DNA from: Phoronis australis
Taxonomy: Eukaryota; Animalia; Phoronida
Direction: 5' to 3'
NCBI GenBank assembly: GCA_002633005.1
Contig: NMRA01000126.1
Location: 78,979-142,978, forward strand
DNA: 64,000 nucleotides
In this document: positions 12,889 through 34,339 of the stretch, one piece after another
Position numbering within the stretch: the first letter of the stretch is position 1
Layout: the number at the start of each line of letters is the position of its first letter
Position numbers and translations under genes: made by a program
The notes under the pieces: model-generated
What the model was told of the DNA's origin: nothing
Database searches by the model: none
Seen by the model: the letters and a program-made list of their open reading frames with translations, nothing else

Positions 12889-15800
12889 CTATAACCGAGG
12901 TAATGACAGGTTTCCTGTTATGTAAAGCCGACGAAACAACAATAGTCCAATAGCAAGAGTAAGTACTACAATAAGCGCTAGTGACCCCGTTCCTCCGGAC
13001 GCCTGTGGTTGCCTAGCAACTGTTGCTGGGGTATCATTGCCAGATGTCGATCTGGTCCTCTGAATGTTCCTTTGACGCACTGAGCCTGATCCTTCATTTT
13101 CATTTGCACTACATTTGTTTTCGTCGGTTTGTCCCGAAGCGCCATTGGTCGTGTTTGAACTGTCATTGTTTGGTGGATTAAAAAGTTGGTCAGCGTTGTA
13201 CACTTGGCTTTCATCTAGATTTGTGTTTTGCACTTCCCCACCTTGGACTGGTGTCTTGCTGTCATCAGAGGACACAGATGCAGGTTTTTCCTTTTCTCCC
13301 TGAAAACATAGCAAGGGAGCTGTTTATATTACATAGATAGACAGACAGTAGGAGAGAGGAAATATCTGAAAACATCACCGGCACACGGTTTCGATGAAGT
13401 TTGTGAGAAAATTTTATACAGGACACTTAACTCAAAAATCTGAAATTGAATACCACTTTATAGTCATTGAGTACAGACACATTTATTAGTATTGAACATG
13501 TGGAAAGATATTGATCAAGAATAGTTTCTAGACTAAACAGGATAATTCACACTCAGTAACTAAGTACTGTTCAAAAACTTCAGTCACGTTTCTGAACCAA
13601 AGTGGACTCAGGCATATGAAATTGAACAGAACCAAGAATTCTACACTGTTTAATTCCTGCCACTCTCATCAGAGTCTCTTTACCAACTCATTGCCAGGTA
13701 TTTGTGAGATATATCCAACACATTGGGTAAAAGATAAAAATATAGGATGAAAAAGTCTTAAGCAAGCTGTTATTAAAAACTCTCTCTTGAGTCACAAACA
13801 ACGGGTCTGAATTAAGAAAGTAAAACTCATCCAACTTCGTACATGGAAGCTCATCTGTGAAGCTAGGTGCTTAGCCTCTCTCTCAGTTTCCTTCGACTTC
13901 TCCGTCAGTTCTGGTAGTACACCTCTTATGGTTCCACATACTTCACACTTGAAATCCTGGCTCCTGCCAAAGGTACAAACCAAGTATTGAAATGTGTTAC
14001 TACAAGCGTTGTATTAGTTTCAGGTTTTGAAAACAAACACCTTCAAATACTTCAGAGAGCAACACATGTAGCAAGCTATGCACAGAAAACAAGTTGCACT
14101 AACATAACTTCACATTGAGGATTTTTACACTTGACCAGGTCATGTATCTTTGACATACAACAAGGCAAATGTGACTGGAAGGAAGTCATTTTACAAATTG
14201 TGTTGCGAAATGGGTAAAAAGGTACCTGTAAGAATTAGATTGAACAATAAGAATGCACGGCTGATAATTACTTTCTCCTCGACCAGCTATTGTCAACACA
14301 GGCATCCGTGCTAACGCAAGATGATCAGGTGTGTCTTGTGCTATCTCCATGAGAGGAGGTAAATTATTAAGTTTTTCGTTATTTTTTGCCCTGACTGTCA
14401 TTTGTACTGGATTTTCTTGCACCTAAATCAAGTTGCAAGAGGTCAATCTGCCACCCAGATACATCTTCAGAATGAAAATCACAAAAGTTTAAATGAAATA
14501 GTTCTAATTACACATTTGAACTTACTGATAATTCAGCAGTTTCAGAGAGGCTTGAAACTGATTGGATGACCAAACATAGACAAAGACATGCATACTAAAG
14601 AGGCACTGAAGATGCCATGTGAGCACCATTTGGACGTTCAAGACCATAGACTGAGTACTAAGAACTGGGGACAAAATACCCACTGAGGTAATATCCGTCA
14701 GAGGAAAATACCCGTCCAAGTTGGTGACATGTCTTTACCTATGTCCCTACCTACATCTCTCCTTTGGAAGAGTCCTCCCATCCTTCACTGCACTAGATGT
14801 TAATGGCAAAGATATATTCCATGACAAGGACTCAGACTTACTTTCTAGCCAGTTTCTTCCTCTCTTCAGGTGTATAGTCTAGTGACCCAATAGCACCGTT
14901 ACCATGAGTTGGCATGAATCCTATGATGGCCAGAAGTGCAGTGCGAACTGAAAAATACAGAACACAAAGTTTACTTTAAAATGATCTATGCGGCCTAACC
15001 ACCTTCAATGCTATTCAGGTATCGGACTGCCTGCAATACTTTTTCTTAAGACTCAACTCTTTTGAACATAAACTGGCGTTACTAATGAACGTAACAGTTT
15101 TGAACAATAAATTCAGTTGGATCACCAAGGAGTTCTGTACAACCATTCCTGTCTTCACAGTTTGTAAAACCAGGAAAGGTCAAGTGATTTAATATTCATT
15201 TGAAAATAATTGCAGAAGTACTGTTTAACTGAGAAGAAGATAATGTGGTTAAAAAGAACAGACATTTGTCCAATGTCTTGAATGTAATCACTTTCTTTGT
15301 TTTATGATTTTCAATTCATGACTTCAATACACGGAATCATGAAATTCTCATAAACGAGTCCGGGACACTGTTGATATTTCACTGTAACCAAATATCATTC
15401 GCACATCAAACAGTTACCCGGAGTTTTCTGAAATCCTCATCAGCTTGTTTGGTCCAAAACAACTATTAGGGTATGCCTATTCTGTGGAATGCCGAAAACA
15501 TATCCAAAATATGTTATTTATTGGTCCCTTTTCTGCCACACTTGTGCAACGTAGTCGATAAGTTCCTGATGGGGGTGATGGAGAATTGACCAACTAGAAA
15601 ACCTTAATTCACAGGGTCACAAATATCAAAGCTTACACCCAGGCATTCGCCTTGGAAGAGCTGCTTTTTGTAAGGGTAAAACAAGTCAATTTGCAATCCT
15701 CAGGGACTGAATTAGTGTCATTTTGTTGGTTAAGATTTCATCTCTATATTGCAATGTTTCGTTTTTAAGTGACATTCTAAAACTTGTTAACATATATGAA

Positions 15801-18800
15801 AAATAGGTGTTTCTTCTTGGTAACATATTCCACAGACAGCACAATTTACAAAAATTATCTTTTAATAAATTGATCAGTCTGACATTAAAGCCACTAATAA
15901 GAACTGCCCGGTGTAAGTTAACAGTCAAATGGTTGCAATTTTTGTCAAGGATTAAGGCAATTTTACATAATGTAATCTTTCAAGACATGATTGCACAGAT
16001 GTAGACCCCAAAGCCTTACTAGACCAGGATGGCTGCCAGGACTCTGGGTGATATCCGGAGATACTCAGGCAAATCTTCTTGAATGTCTCAAAGCGGCCAT
16101 TGGGCTGAAAAAGGAATCATGGTATCACCAAATACCTTTAAACCCAGTCACAACAAAAAGGGTTTATAATGTTTGCTCACCAACAATGTTCAACTTAACA
16201 AGATCCAAGGCAATTGTACTACATGCAAGTTGCTTTGGTTACATCGATCTACTGGTTACAACAAGCATTATAGAAAAGTCAAAGTAGGGTTTATTGTATC
16301 AACGTTTGATTGTGTTGCAGTAACAGATCACTCAGCAATAGTTAGTTTACCAATACAAAAATAAAAAATGCTGCAAGTACAAGGATGCTTATTGATCAGG
16401 AGGTTAAACAAATTTTTAATAAGATGGTTATTTTCAACTGGGGTTGCACAGGAATTGTCACTTATGGCATGCTTACTGTCAATAACACAATGTTGGGTGG
16501 TTTCATAGGGTACTCAGGTGGTAAGATGATTCGGCCGTGATAAATTCCACCATCAAACTCGGAGTCTTGAGGACCGCGGATGGTAAAGTGCCATTCAAAA
16601 AGGTTATCCTAAAATGTAGAATATGACGAAAATGTACATGCTCTGTAGACATCTATTTTCACATCACCATAGAAATTAGCGTAAGAAAGTCGGAAATAAA
16701 AAAATGCAACTAACTTATAAAAGATTTTGTGAAGTTACAGGTCAACTTTTAATCTCAAAATTGAAAGTGCTATCAAACATCCAGAAAATATACAAAATTT
16801 GTTGACAGTGTATTAAAAAACACTTTCAACAAATCTGTAAATTGACAGCTTGGGCAAAGAATGTTGAACTGAGCTCAAAATGTAAATTGCAATTAAATTC
16901 AAAACAAAAATCTGATGATAAACACACACCCGACTATCAACCTTAAAACTTAAAGTGTCATGGAACGCGAATGTGTCTTTTTTGTTAATTTTCATCTTGT
17001 GGAAACAGTGTTCAAGCAAGTTCACTCAATGTATGATCATGTGAATGGAAACAGTGTTCAAGCAAGTTCACTCAATGTATGATCATGTGAATGGAAACAG
17101 TGTTCAAGCAAGTTCACTCAATGTATGATCATGTGAATGGAAACNCCAGCTACACTCGAAAGGCACATATATATATATAGTAGCGTGAATTTGAGAAGTT
17201 TAGCCAGGATTTACCGGAATTAGCAGAAATTTGGCATACAGCATTGATTACGATGTGCTACTACCACCTAATTGGAAGTGCAACTATGGATTCTCTCCAA
17301 TTTTCAAAGAGACAGAGGACGAAAATTATAAAAGATAATCAACAAATAGTTCTGACTGATCGTGTTACTAAAGCCGTTAAACAGTAGCAACCCGTGTTAC
17401 TAAAGCGGTTATATACACGTTCATTCAAAGGAAGAAAGTGACTTCTGAGCTGACAAGAACTTACAGTATGTTACTCCTTCAGACTGTGCTCGGCACATGA
17501 AATGACAGTATGACACACCAAGACCAATTTCATAACAATAAGTGGTTTTAATCAAAAGTATGTTGAGCTGTGCACTGTCAAAATTCATTTTATGTGACGA
17601 AAGGAAGATTTATAGCGGCCGCTTACTTAAGAAAGTCAAGTCTCAAGCTAGCCATGTCCCCAGATGGTTACGTGAATAACGCTAAGTGAGACAGGTCCCA
17701 CTGTCTGTGCTGCCTCCTCTCAGCATGGCTGGCAGACAGGTGACCTCCCTATGACTCTGTACATTTATGTTTGACCTTGAGCACAATTGGCTGCAATGGA
17801 GTTCAGTATTCAATTTCATTGACGAAACCAAGAATTGTTTACAAAAAATGTTGATTGCAGGTTGGAGTATTTGTTCAAGCTAGAAAGATTTAGAGATTAC
17901 AACTGCTTCCAAAGTTGTCCATCTACATTTGAAAGGAACACATGGTAATGCCACTTTGATAGTTTAGCCAACAAGATTCTGCCTGAGGTTTTCCTAAGAT
18001 AACATGATGCAACAAGGGGGAGCATTTCACCCTTTTTCATTGTGATCATTTGACCCCTTTTCCATGAAATTCCCTGAAGTTCTAGGTAATTGTTTACAAT
18101 ATGATGACATTGACTTACACATATGATTTTGATATCAATCAATTCCTTGCAACCTTGTCTTTCCAAAATACACAGAAATTTTTCCTACCTTGCCTTATGT
18201 ATTTTATTGTGAAATTTCTGTTTACACTATTTCCCAGTACTCGGTAGTAATACCGCCATGTTGAATGGAAAGAGTCACCTGGTGGTCAAAAAATGAACTA
18301 ATCTACCGACTTCTGCAGATCGTCGCTTTTCATAAGTTCAAATTGACCGAGTTGCAATCCCAAGGGTTCGAATTCGAACCTTTGGTGATACTGGTACGCA
18401 TCTGTTAGCAAAAATCCGAAAAAAGCGGAGATTGTTTTTGAGGTCCAAATTGTTGAAAAGGTTATCACTTCAGACAATTTCGTGGAAAGATGGTCAAATG
18501 GTCACAATTATAAAAAATGGAAAAGGTGAAATGCTGCTACTTGTTCCTCCATATTATGTCAGGAAAACTTTAGCGTGAATTTCGCGTGGGGAAACACCAT
18601 TCAAAATCAATGATGCTGTTTCATTCATTAGCAACAGGTGTCGCTGTAATCTTGAGTTGAGCTAACATGGCGGTGTCAACCGGAAAGTAGTGCAAACCGA
18701 AATTCGACGATAAAATACGGAGGAAACACAGTAGGGGATACATTCATATATTTTTGGAAAGATAACGTTGCGAGAAATCGAATGATACCAAAATCATGTG

Positions 18801-19572
18801 TGTAGGTCAATGTCGTCATATTGTAAACAATTACTAAGTGCTATCCTTTTCACAAATTTGAACCTCGAAAACAACCTCTGTTATGGATTCTTGTTAGCAG
18901 ATGCATACGTACCTGAGGGTCATTGTAGGAATTCAAACCCCTGAGACCGTAGCTCGGGCCCGAGTTTGACGGATCTCCATCACTTTAAACTTATGAAGAG
19001 CGACACTCTGCACAATATGGGTGTTGGTAGGTTAGTTCAGTTTTTGGCCACCAGATGACACCTTCCATTCAGCATGACAATATCACTTACAGGGAAACAG
19101 TGCGAGCACAATAAAATACTAAGACAACGGGTTGGGAGACATTTTTGTGTATTTTTGAAGTGATAATGAAAGATACCAAAATCATGTGTGTAGGTCAATG
19201 TAGACACAATGTAAACAATTACATGCATACCTTTGAGGCAATTGGAGACTTTAAATTGAACAAATAGTTTACAAATACTCCTGCAATCAAAATTCTTTTT
19301 CGGACAGTCCTTCGTTCAGTCAAGGTGCTCAAGGTCAAACGAAAATGTACAGAGGGTTATGGGGAGGTCGCATGTCTGCCAGCCACGCCGAGTGGAGGGA
19401 GGGCAGACCCGCCTAATCCAATGATAAAGTCGAAGTACACTGGAGTGAAATGACTGGAATAAAACTAAGTAAAAGTTGTAAAAGTTAAACGCAAACTTTA
19501 AGCCTAAGTTAAAACGAAATTAATTGGCGTTGCATTCATACCCGGACTGCGTAAACTGTACTGCCCCTGCAT
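12889..19572 (-). CDS. UBE2J1: Ubiquitin-conjugating enzyme E2 J1 (tail-anchored ERAD E2); exon 2 not present in the sequence
   Basis: Exons: 19572-19542 (MQGQYSLRSP), [missing exon], 16608-16477 (DNLFEWHFTIRGP...YPMKPPNIVLLT), 16104-16020 (PNGRFE...KICLSISGYHPESWQPSWS, catalytic Cys), 14947-14842 (IRTALLAIIGFMP...GSLDYTPEERKKLARK), 13963-13843 (SQDFKCEVCG...), 13299-12889 (C-terminal TM LALIVVLTLAIGLLLFRR). GT-AG boundaries; phases consistent from exon 3 onward. Confidence 0.96.
17000..17144 (+). repeat. 46-bp minisatellite, 3 full copies plus a partial, running into an N gap
   Basis: Unit tggaaacagtgttcaagcaagttcactcaatgtatgatcatgtgaa at 17000, 17046 and 17092; partial at 17138. Confidence 0.95.
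17703..19408. mobile_element. ~1.7-kb diverged inverted-repeat (foldback-like) element in UBE2J1 intron 1
   Basis: 17703-17785 matches the reverse complement of ~19325-19408. 18087-18470 matches the reverse complement of 18836-19222. The 18087-18262 block also matches 18663-18835. Confidence 0.8.
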
Positions 19573-19878
19573 AACTTTGGTCTTTCCGACTCACAATGAA
19601 AACCTTTTAAAATATGCAATGTTCTTCCGAGAAAACACAGAAAACCAATCTCAAATAACAATCAAAAAATACATTCCGGAAGTTGACGTGTTCTTCCAAA
19701 CTGTTCTACATGTCGCTCGCTAATTGGTTATAATCAACTACTCTTGTCCAATAAAAAAGTATTTTACAAAATTGAAGTTTCACAGATACTTCCGGGTCAA
19801 GTTCGCGTGCACATGTGTTGTTGACGTCTCGAAGATCGATCTTCAACACCTTCAGGTTGATATACTGTAACGCTAAAT
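19573..19878. promoter_or_regulatory. Bidirectional promoter shared by UBE2J1 and NSUN4
   Basis: 306 bp between divergent ATGs. ETS/GABP-type CCGGAAGT (19676-19683) and ACTTCCGG (19788-19795); ATTGG (19723) and CCAAT (19748); TGACGT (19684, 19822); locally CpG-rich. Confidence 0.8.
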
Positions 19879-29765
<9,887 letters not shown>

Positions 29766-30137
29766 ATTGAGGCAATAGCTCAGATTAGCAGTTTGTTTGC
29801 AGCAGGCATTAATGTTCGTTGCCGGCAGATTTTTAGCTTGTATTGCCAACACTGAAGCAGTGCCGTACGATGTATATAGGTATACACGAGTTAATAACAC
29901 TGATCTGTTTTCACTGCAGCGAGCAGATAATTGAGCAGTTCAAGCTGACTGAATGAGTGGCCAAGTGTCAGTCATTCAGGATTACCATGCTGCTGGTTCT
30001 CTGAATAACATGCAGATCTCTGTGACACTACAGCTAAGGTTTATAACCTGTTTACTATTTCCTGTTGTTGTTGCACTCATTTCACTTCATGGAATGTAAC
30101 CCGACTCGTATGTCGACGCTTCATGTCTGATTGTTTG

Positions 30138-30173
30138 TATCCTGATGATGTCTAATGAATAGACAAAATGTTG
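30138..30173 (+). ncRNA. Degenerate Penelope-type minimal hammerhead ribozyme motif in the presumed NSUN4 3' UTR
   Basis: CTGATGA (30142-30148), T, stem II GTCTA-atgaa-TAGAC, then AAAATGTTG where GAAACGTTG is expected. Both changes fit CpG deamination. Confidence 0.55.
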
Positions 30174-33100
30174 AATTATTACGAACTTCTTCATTTGTGC
30201 TGGGATTGTCCGTTTTTTGATTCTGCTATGGCCAAAAACTGATGTAATTGAGAATGTAGTGTTATCTCACATTGTTTAAACATTATGTTAAGTTTGCAAT
30301 ATTAAATTGAAACATTCAACACAACCCTTGTGTGAAACGGGATGTCCCAAGGTAATAGACATAATACGTATAAGCAGTCTTTAGAATTTTTTAGCAATAG
30401 AATGATTAATTTACTTTTCATCCTTGAATAAGAATCACTGTTAAAAGTAAGTTGTAAAAACTGCTACAACATAAGAAGTCGAGAGGTAGAAGAAATTGTA
30501 AACATTTATTTGTGAAGCCAGTAATGAGTATAAATACAATGAACACTACTCCCAGTACATTATACAATGTGCCAACATGCCTCCAGTCATACACTTGACT
30601 GACAAAGGGACAAAAACACAGTACTACACTTGATAAGTAATTGTTGAAATATTGATCTTTGACCAAATTAATGCTTAAATTAAAAAGGCACATAAATCAA
30701 CATGGGGACCTAAAGAAAAAGCCTCAATATTGGGCCTACCAGAAATGCCCTTCTTCAATAGGACCAACGAATTCATCTTGACACACTTAAGGCACTTACT
30801 CAGTTAATTACATAAGAGTACAAGTGCCTGAAGTCTATTAAAAACATTTTGTCATCAACTCAATGAATAAAAAGTTGCAGCAATTTTAGCTGCGTGAAAA
30901 TGTCAAATGACTAAACTGTTGTCGACAGAAATGTTGAAATTTGAAAACGATCATGAGGGGCTGGCGTGAAAAATGCATAATTTGTATTTCTCAAAATAAA
31001 GCATAATTTGCTTATTACGTTTAAAGACTGATACGAGTTCGGTTAGACGTAAACATTCAAAGACCATAAGTACAGTACGTTTAATTATTAATTAACTTGG
31101 GCTCTGTCATGTAGTAAACTAATTTTCCACAGTAGTTGGCGAGCATTACATTATCAATGATACAATTACTATTTGACAAATATGTACACTAACTTGTACA
31201 TAGCTACAAAACGGTCAAACCTCTGACATAGTACCAAAAATAAAAGTGCTTTAGGCCACTTAATGCAGCAACACAACTTGTCTCAACTTGTTCCTTCCTC
31301 AGAAAGAGGAAAGAACTGACAATGGACCATTCCTTGAGACCATGCTCAACACATAACATAACAAACCAACTTGTACAGCCTGTCTCGAGTACTAACTGTG
31401 TCCGTTCTTAAGGCCTGAAATCACCGTCAATTTGACAAAGGAACAATTTGAGACCAAGATGGTTGTCTGCTGAAGTGCGCACACTGGCACGACACTGAAA
31501 TGAGCGACTTCGCTCCATCCTTACCTAGTAGTTTGATTACAACCTTTTCATGAAACGTTATTTTGAGTGAGATCTCAATTTTGCCTTTTTGTAAAAACTG
31601 ACGTGTCCCAGAATCTGCAGAGATTCGGTGGAGTTGGTAGCAATGACCAACATGACACAAATTATGCTTGCAATATGAGCATTTGCTTTTTTCATGAGCA
31701 CGTTGCATTGGACTATCTGATTTAATTGTTTTTAAGGTATTGACCTCTTGGAAGATGAATCTGAGTCGCTGTTCAGCATATTTCAACAACAGGATGAGTA
31801 TACAAAGAAAAGAACACTTCTAGTATACATTCAAGCACAGCAGTGAAATGTAACTTCCAGCACAATTAAAATAAAAATATTCTGATACCACATACATATT
31901 TAACTAATAAAATAAGTTACAATAAGACAATAACAACATCAGAAAGATACAATGGCAATGGGAGATTCCCTATGAGAGTAAATCGCCACTTTGAATAAAT
32001 AAATATAAATGGTAAATACTCTGAAAATAATGTGGCCTAAGTAGACACCTTTGAACAGGAAAACTTAACTATTCCACAAACTGAATATCACAACTTGATA
32101 CCTGACATATTAGGACAAGTCATGTCAATTTAGTTCTATTCATAACTGACTTTTTACAGCCTCAAGTACCAAAAAAAGAAAAAATGCTCTTTTCACTAAA
32201 ATTCTCCACTAAGAAAACCAACCAAAGAATGAATGTACACCACATTCTAATTTTACATGGATTTTATAAACCAAGTGTTTACTGTACCTGAAAATCAATT
32301 GTTTTTCCTTAAACTAAAATTCACTGGTAAATAACATGATTAGTAAGAAACATTTTTCTAAAATATAGAACAAACAATAGCCGCTTAAAAGTTCCAAACA
32401 CCAGAAAGAATAATTGGAAGATTTAAAAACAACACAAGTGTACATTTCAGGAAGGTATTATAGCAAACTAGCACTTCACTGAAGTCCATTACTGAAGTAC
32501 AAATGTTAAGTAGCCCAGACTACTAGTCAGATTTCCTAACAGGGTATACGCAAACCTACATATATGCCAACGTAAAAAAGAAGGTATTTATTAACATTGA
32601 ATTGGCATTAATTTTGCCCATGGGGAGCTGTAAAAATGGGGTGAGCTTCACAGAAGAGGGCTTGTGTCAATCATTCATGGGAAAGCTCATGCATTCTATA
32701 TGAGGTGCAACCAGATGAGGCACATGACTTAATGTGTGATATGTTATTCCTATTAGCATGCTCTGATGGGAGCCAGTAGGCTTATACGCCAGAAAAATGA
32801 AATTATACCTTAGTTGGTGGACACGGTATTGCGTGACTACACTGCAAGATGAATGAAGTTGAGTATTTACACAGCTGGTTTCTCAGATGGAAACTTGATT
32901 TATTCAAGAGTGACCTTCACCGCATAACAGGATGTGGTTCAAAGTCACGTTACTGGCCAGGTAACATTCAAGGAAGACATTTCCAAACAAAACATCAACT
33001 TTACACTTAACTAAATTCTGGGAACACTAACAATTTCACCGCCATCTTGAAAGCTGTATTTTCAATGTAGTTGTGCTATAGCAAATTAGAATTGTCTCTT

Positions 33101-34339
33101 CTACCAAAAGCTTTTCACCACCAAAATAGGAACCTAAAACTAAGATTTTTTTAACATTTTGACCCCACAAATGGGTTTCTGGTAAAAATATATCCCAGTG
33201 CAGGATTAGATGGTGAAATCTCGACCTGGATTCTTTGACCAAAAATAATTAAAATTCATTGAACCATTCACACCACCGCTGGGCTCATCAGTCCAGTTGC
33301 CAACTCTGATTTCATAACGTTGTTAGGATGCGACTCCAAGGTCACCGTGTTTCTTCACTTGTTTAGCACACATGGCCCACAAGTAAAAATTTATTGGTTT
33401 AATTTCTTAAACAAATAAAATTTAAGAAGTTCATAATCCATTATAAGTTCAGTTTGTACAGTATGGGAATCCCAAAGCAACAGTTGGTAAAGTTTCCATT
33501 ATTGTAACAAAGTAGACTTGAAAAATCAAAAACTGACAATTTTGGCAAATTTTGTATGAAATAAGTGAAAAAATACCTCTAACTTCTCAGCAATGACAAC
33601 TCATTTATACAGAAGAGATGACTACAGCAATGTAGGTTGAGTGTCTTGCAAACAAGTACATGACTACAGCACGACCAGGAATTTTACATTTTTGATCAAA
33701 AAGATACCCAACTTTTCAGCAAATACCCAGTAAATGCGGGTGCCAAATGCAAAGTCACCAACTATAATCTGTTGCCAGTACAACCTATCTTTTCAGAAGA
33801 CCTACTTCAAACAAATTCCAACACCTTGAAAACCCACAAAATAACCACCACACTTCTTAGATTCAGAGTCGCCACTAACAGAGGTTTGATGCGAGGCCAT
33901 TGCCTAGACACTAGACCATGTTCAACTTTACACTATTCCAAGTTGTTCCAAACAAAACATTGACATTCAACGCTGACAATTTCAACATCAGCAACATAAA
34001 AAATGCAACTTAAACGTGTTTGCAACACAGGATAACACTGATCAACAATTCACACAAATGTTTTCAATCCACAAGCCCATAGTATTGGCTAGAGAAGAAA
34101 ATGGGTGTGTGTTTAAGTCCGCTTTCGTTTCTTTTGGACCTATGCCTGTCAGTAATTCTGCCTCGGTAGTACAAATGACACCGCAAAAGTGAGATTTTCT
34201 CACTAGATTAACTTGCATGAACCCATGGGCGGTGACTACCTCTGTGTTATTTGTACAAACATGTGCGTGTACTTTGTTGTTGTGATTTAGGTTCATCTCA
34301 CCACCTCAACTCTGTTATACACAACAAAATCTCACAACG

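Noticed and set aside
13008-13020. Perfect RFX X-box GTTGCCTAGCAAC
   Set aside because: Lies inside the last UBE2J1 coding exon, far from any promoter; probably coincidental.
17000-17144. Regular 46-bp repeats as a CRISPR-like array
   Set aside because: Contiguous tandem units without spacers, in a eukaryotic intron.
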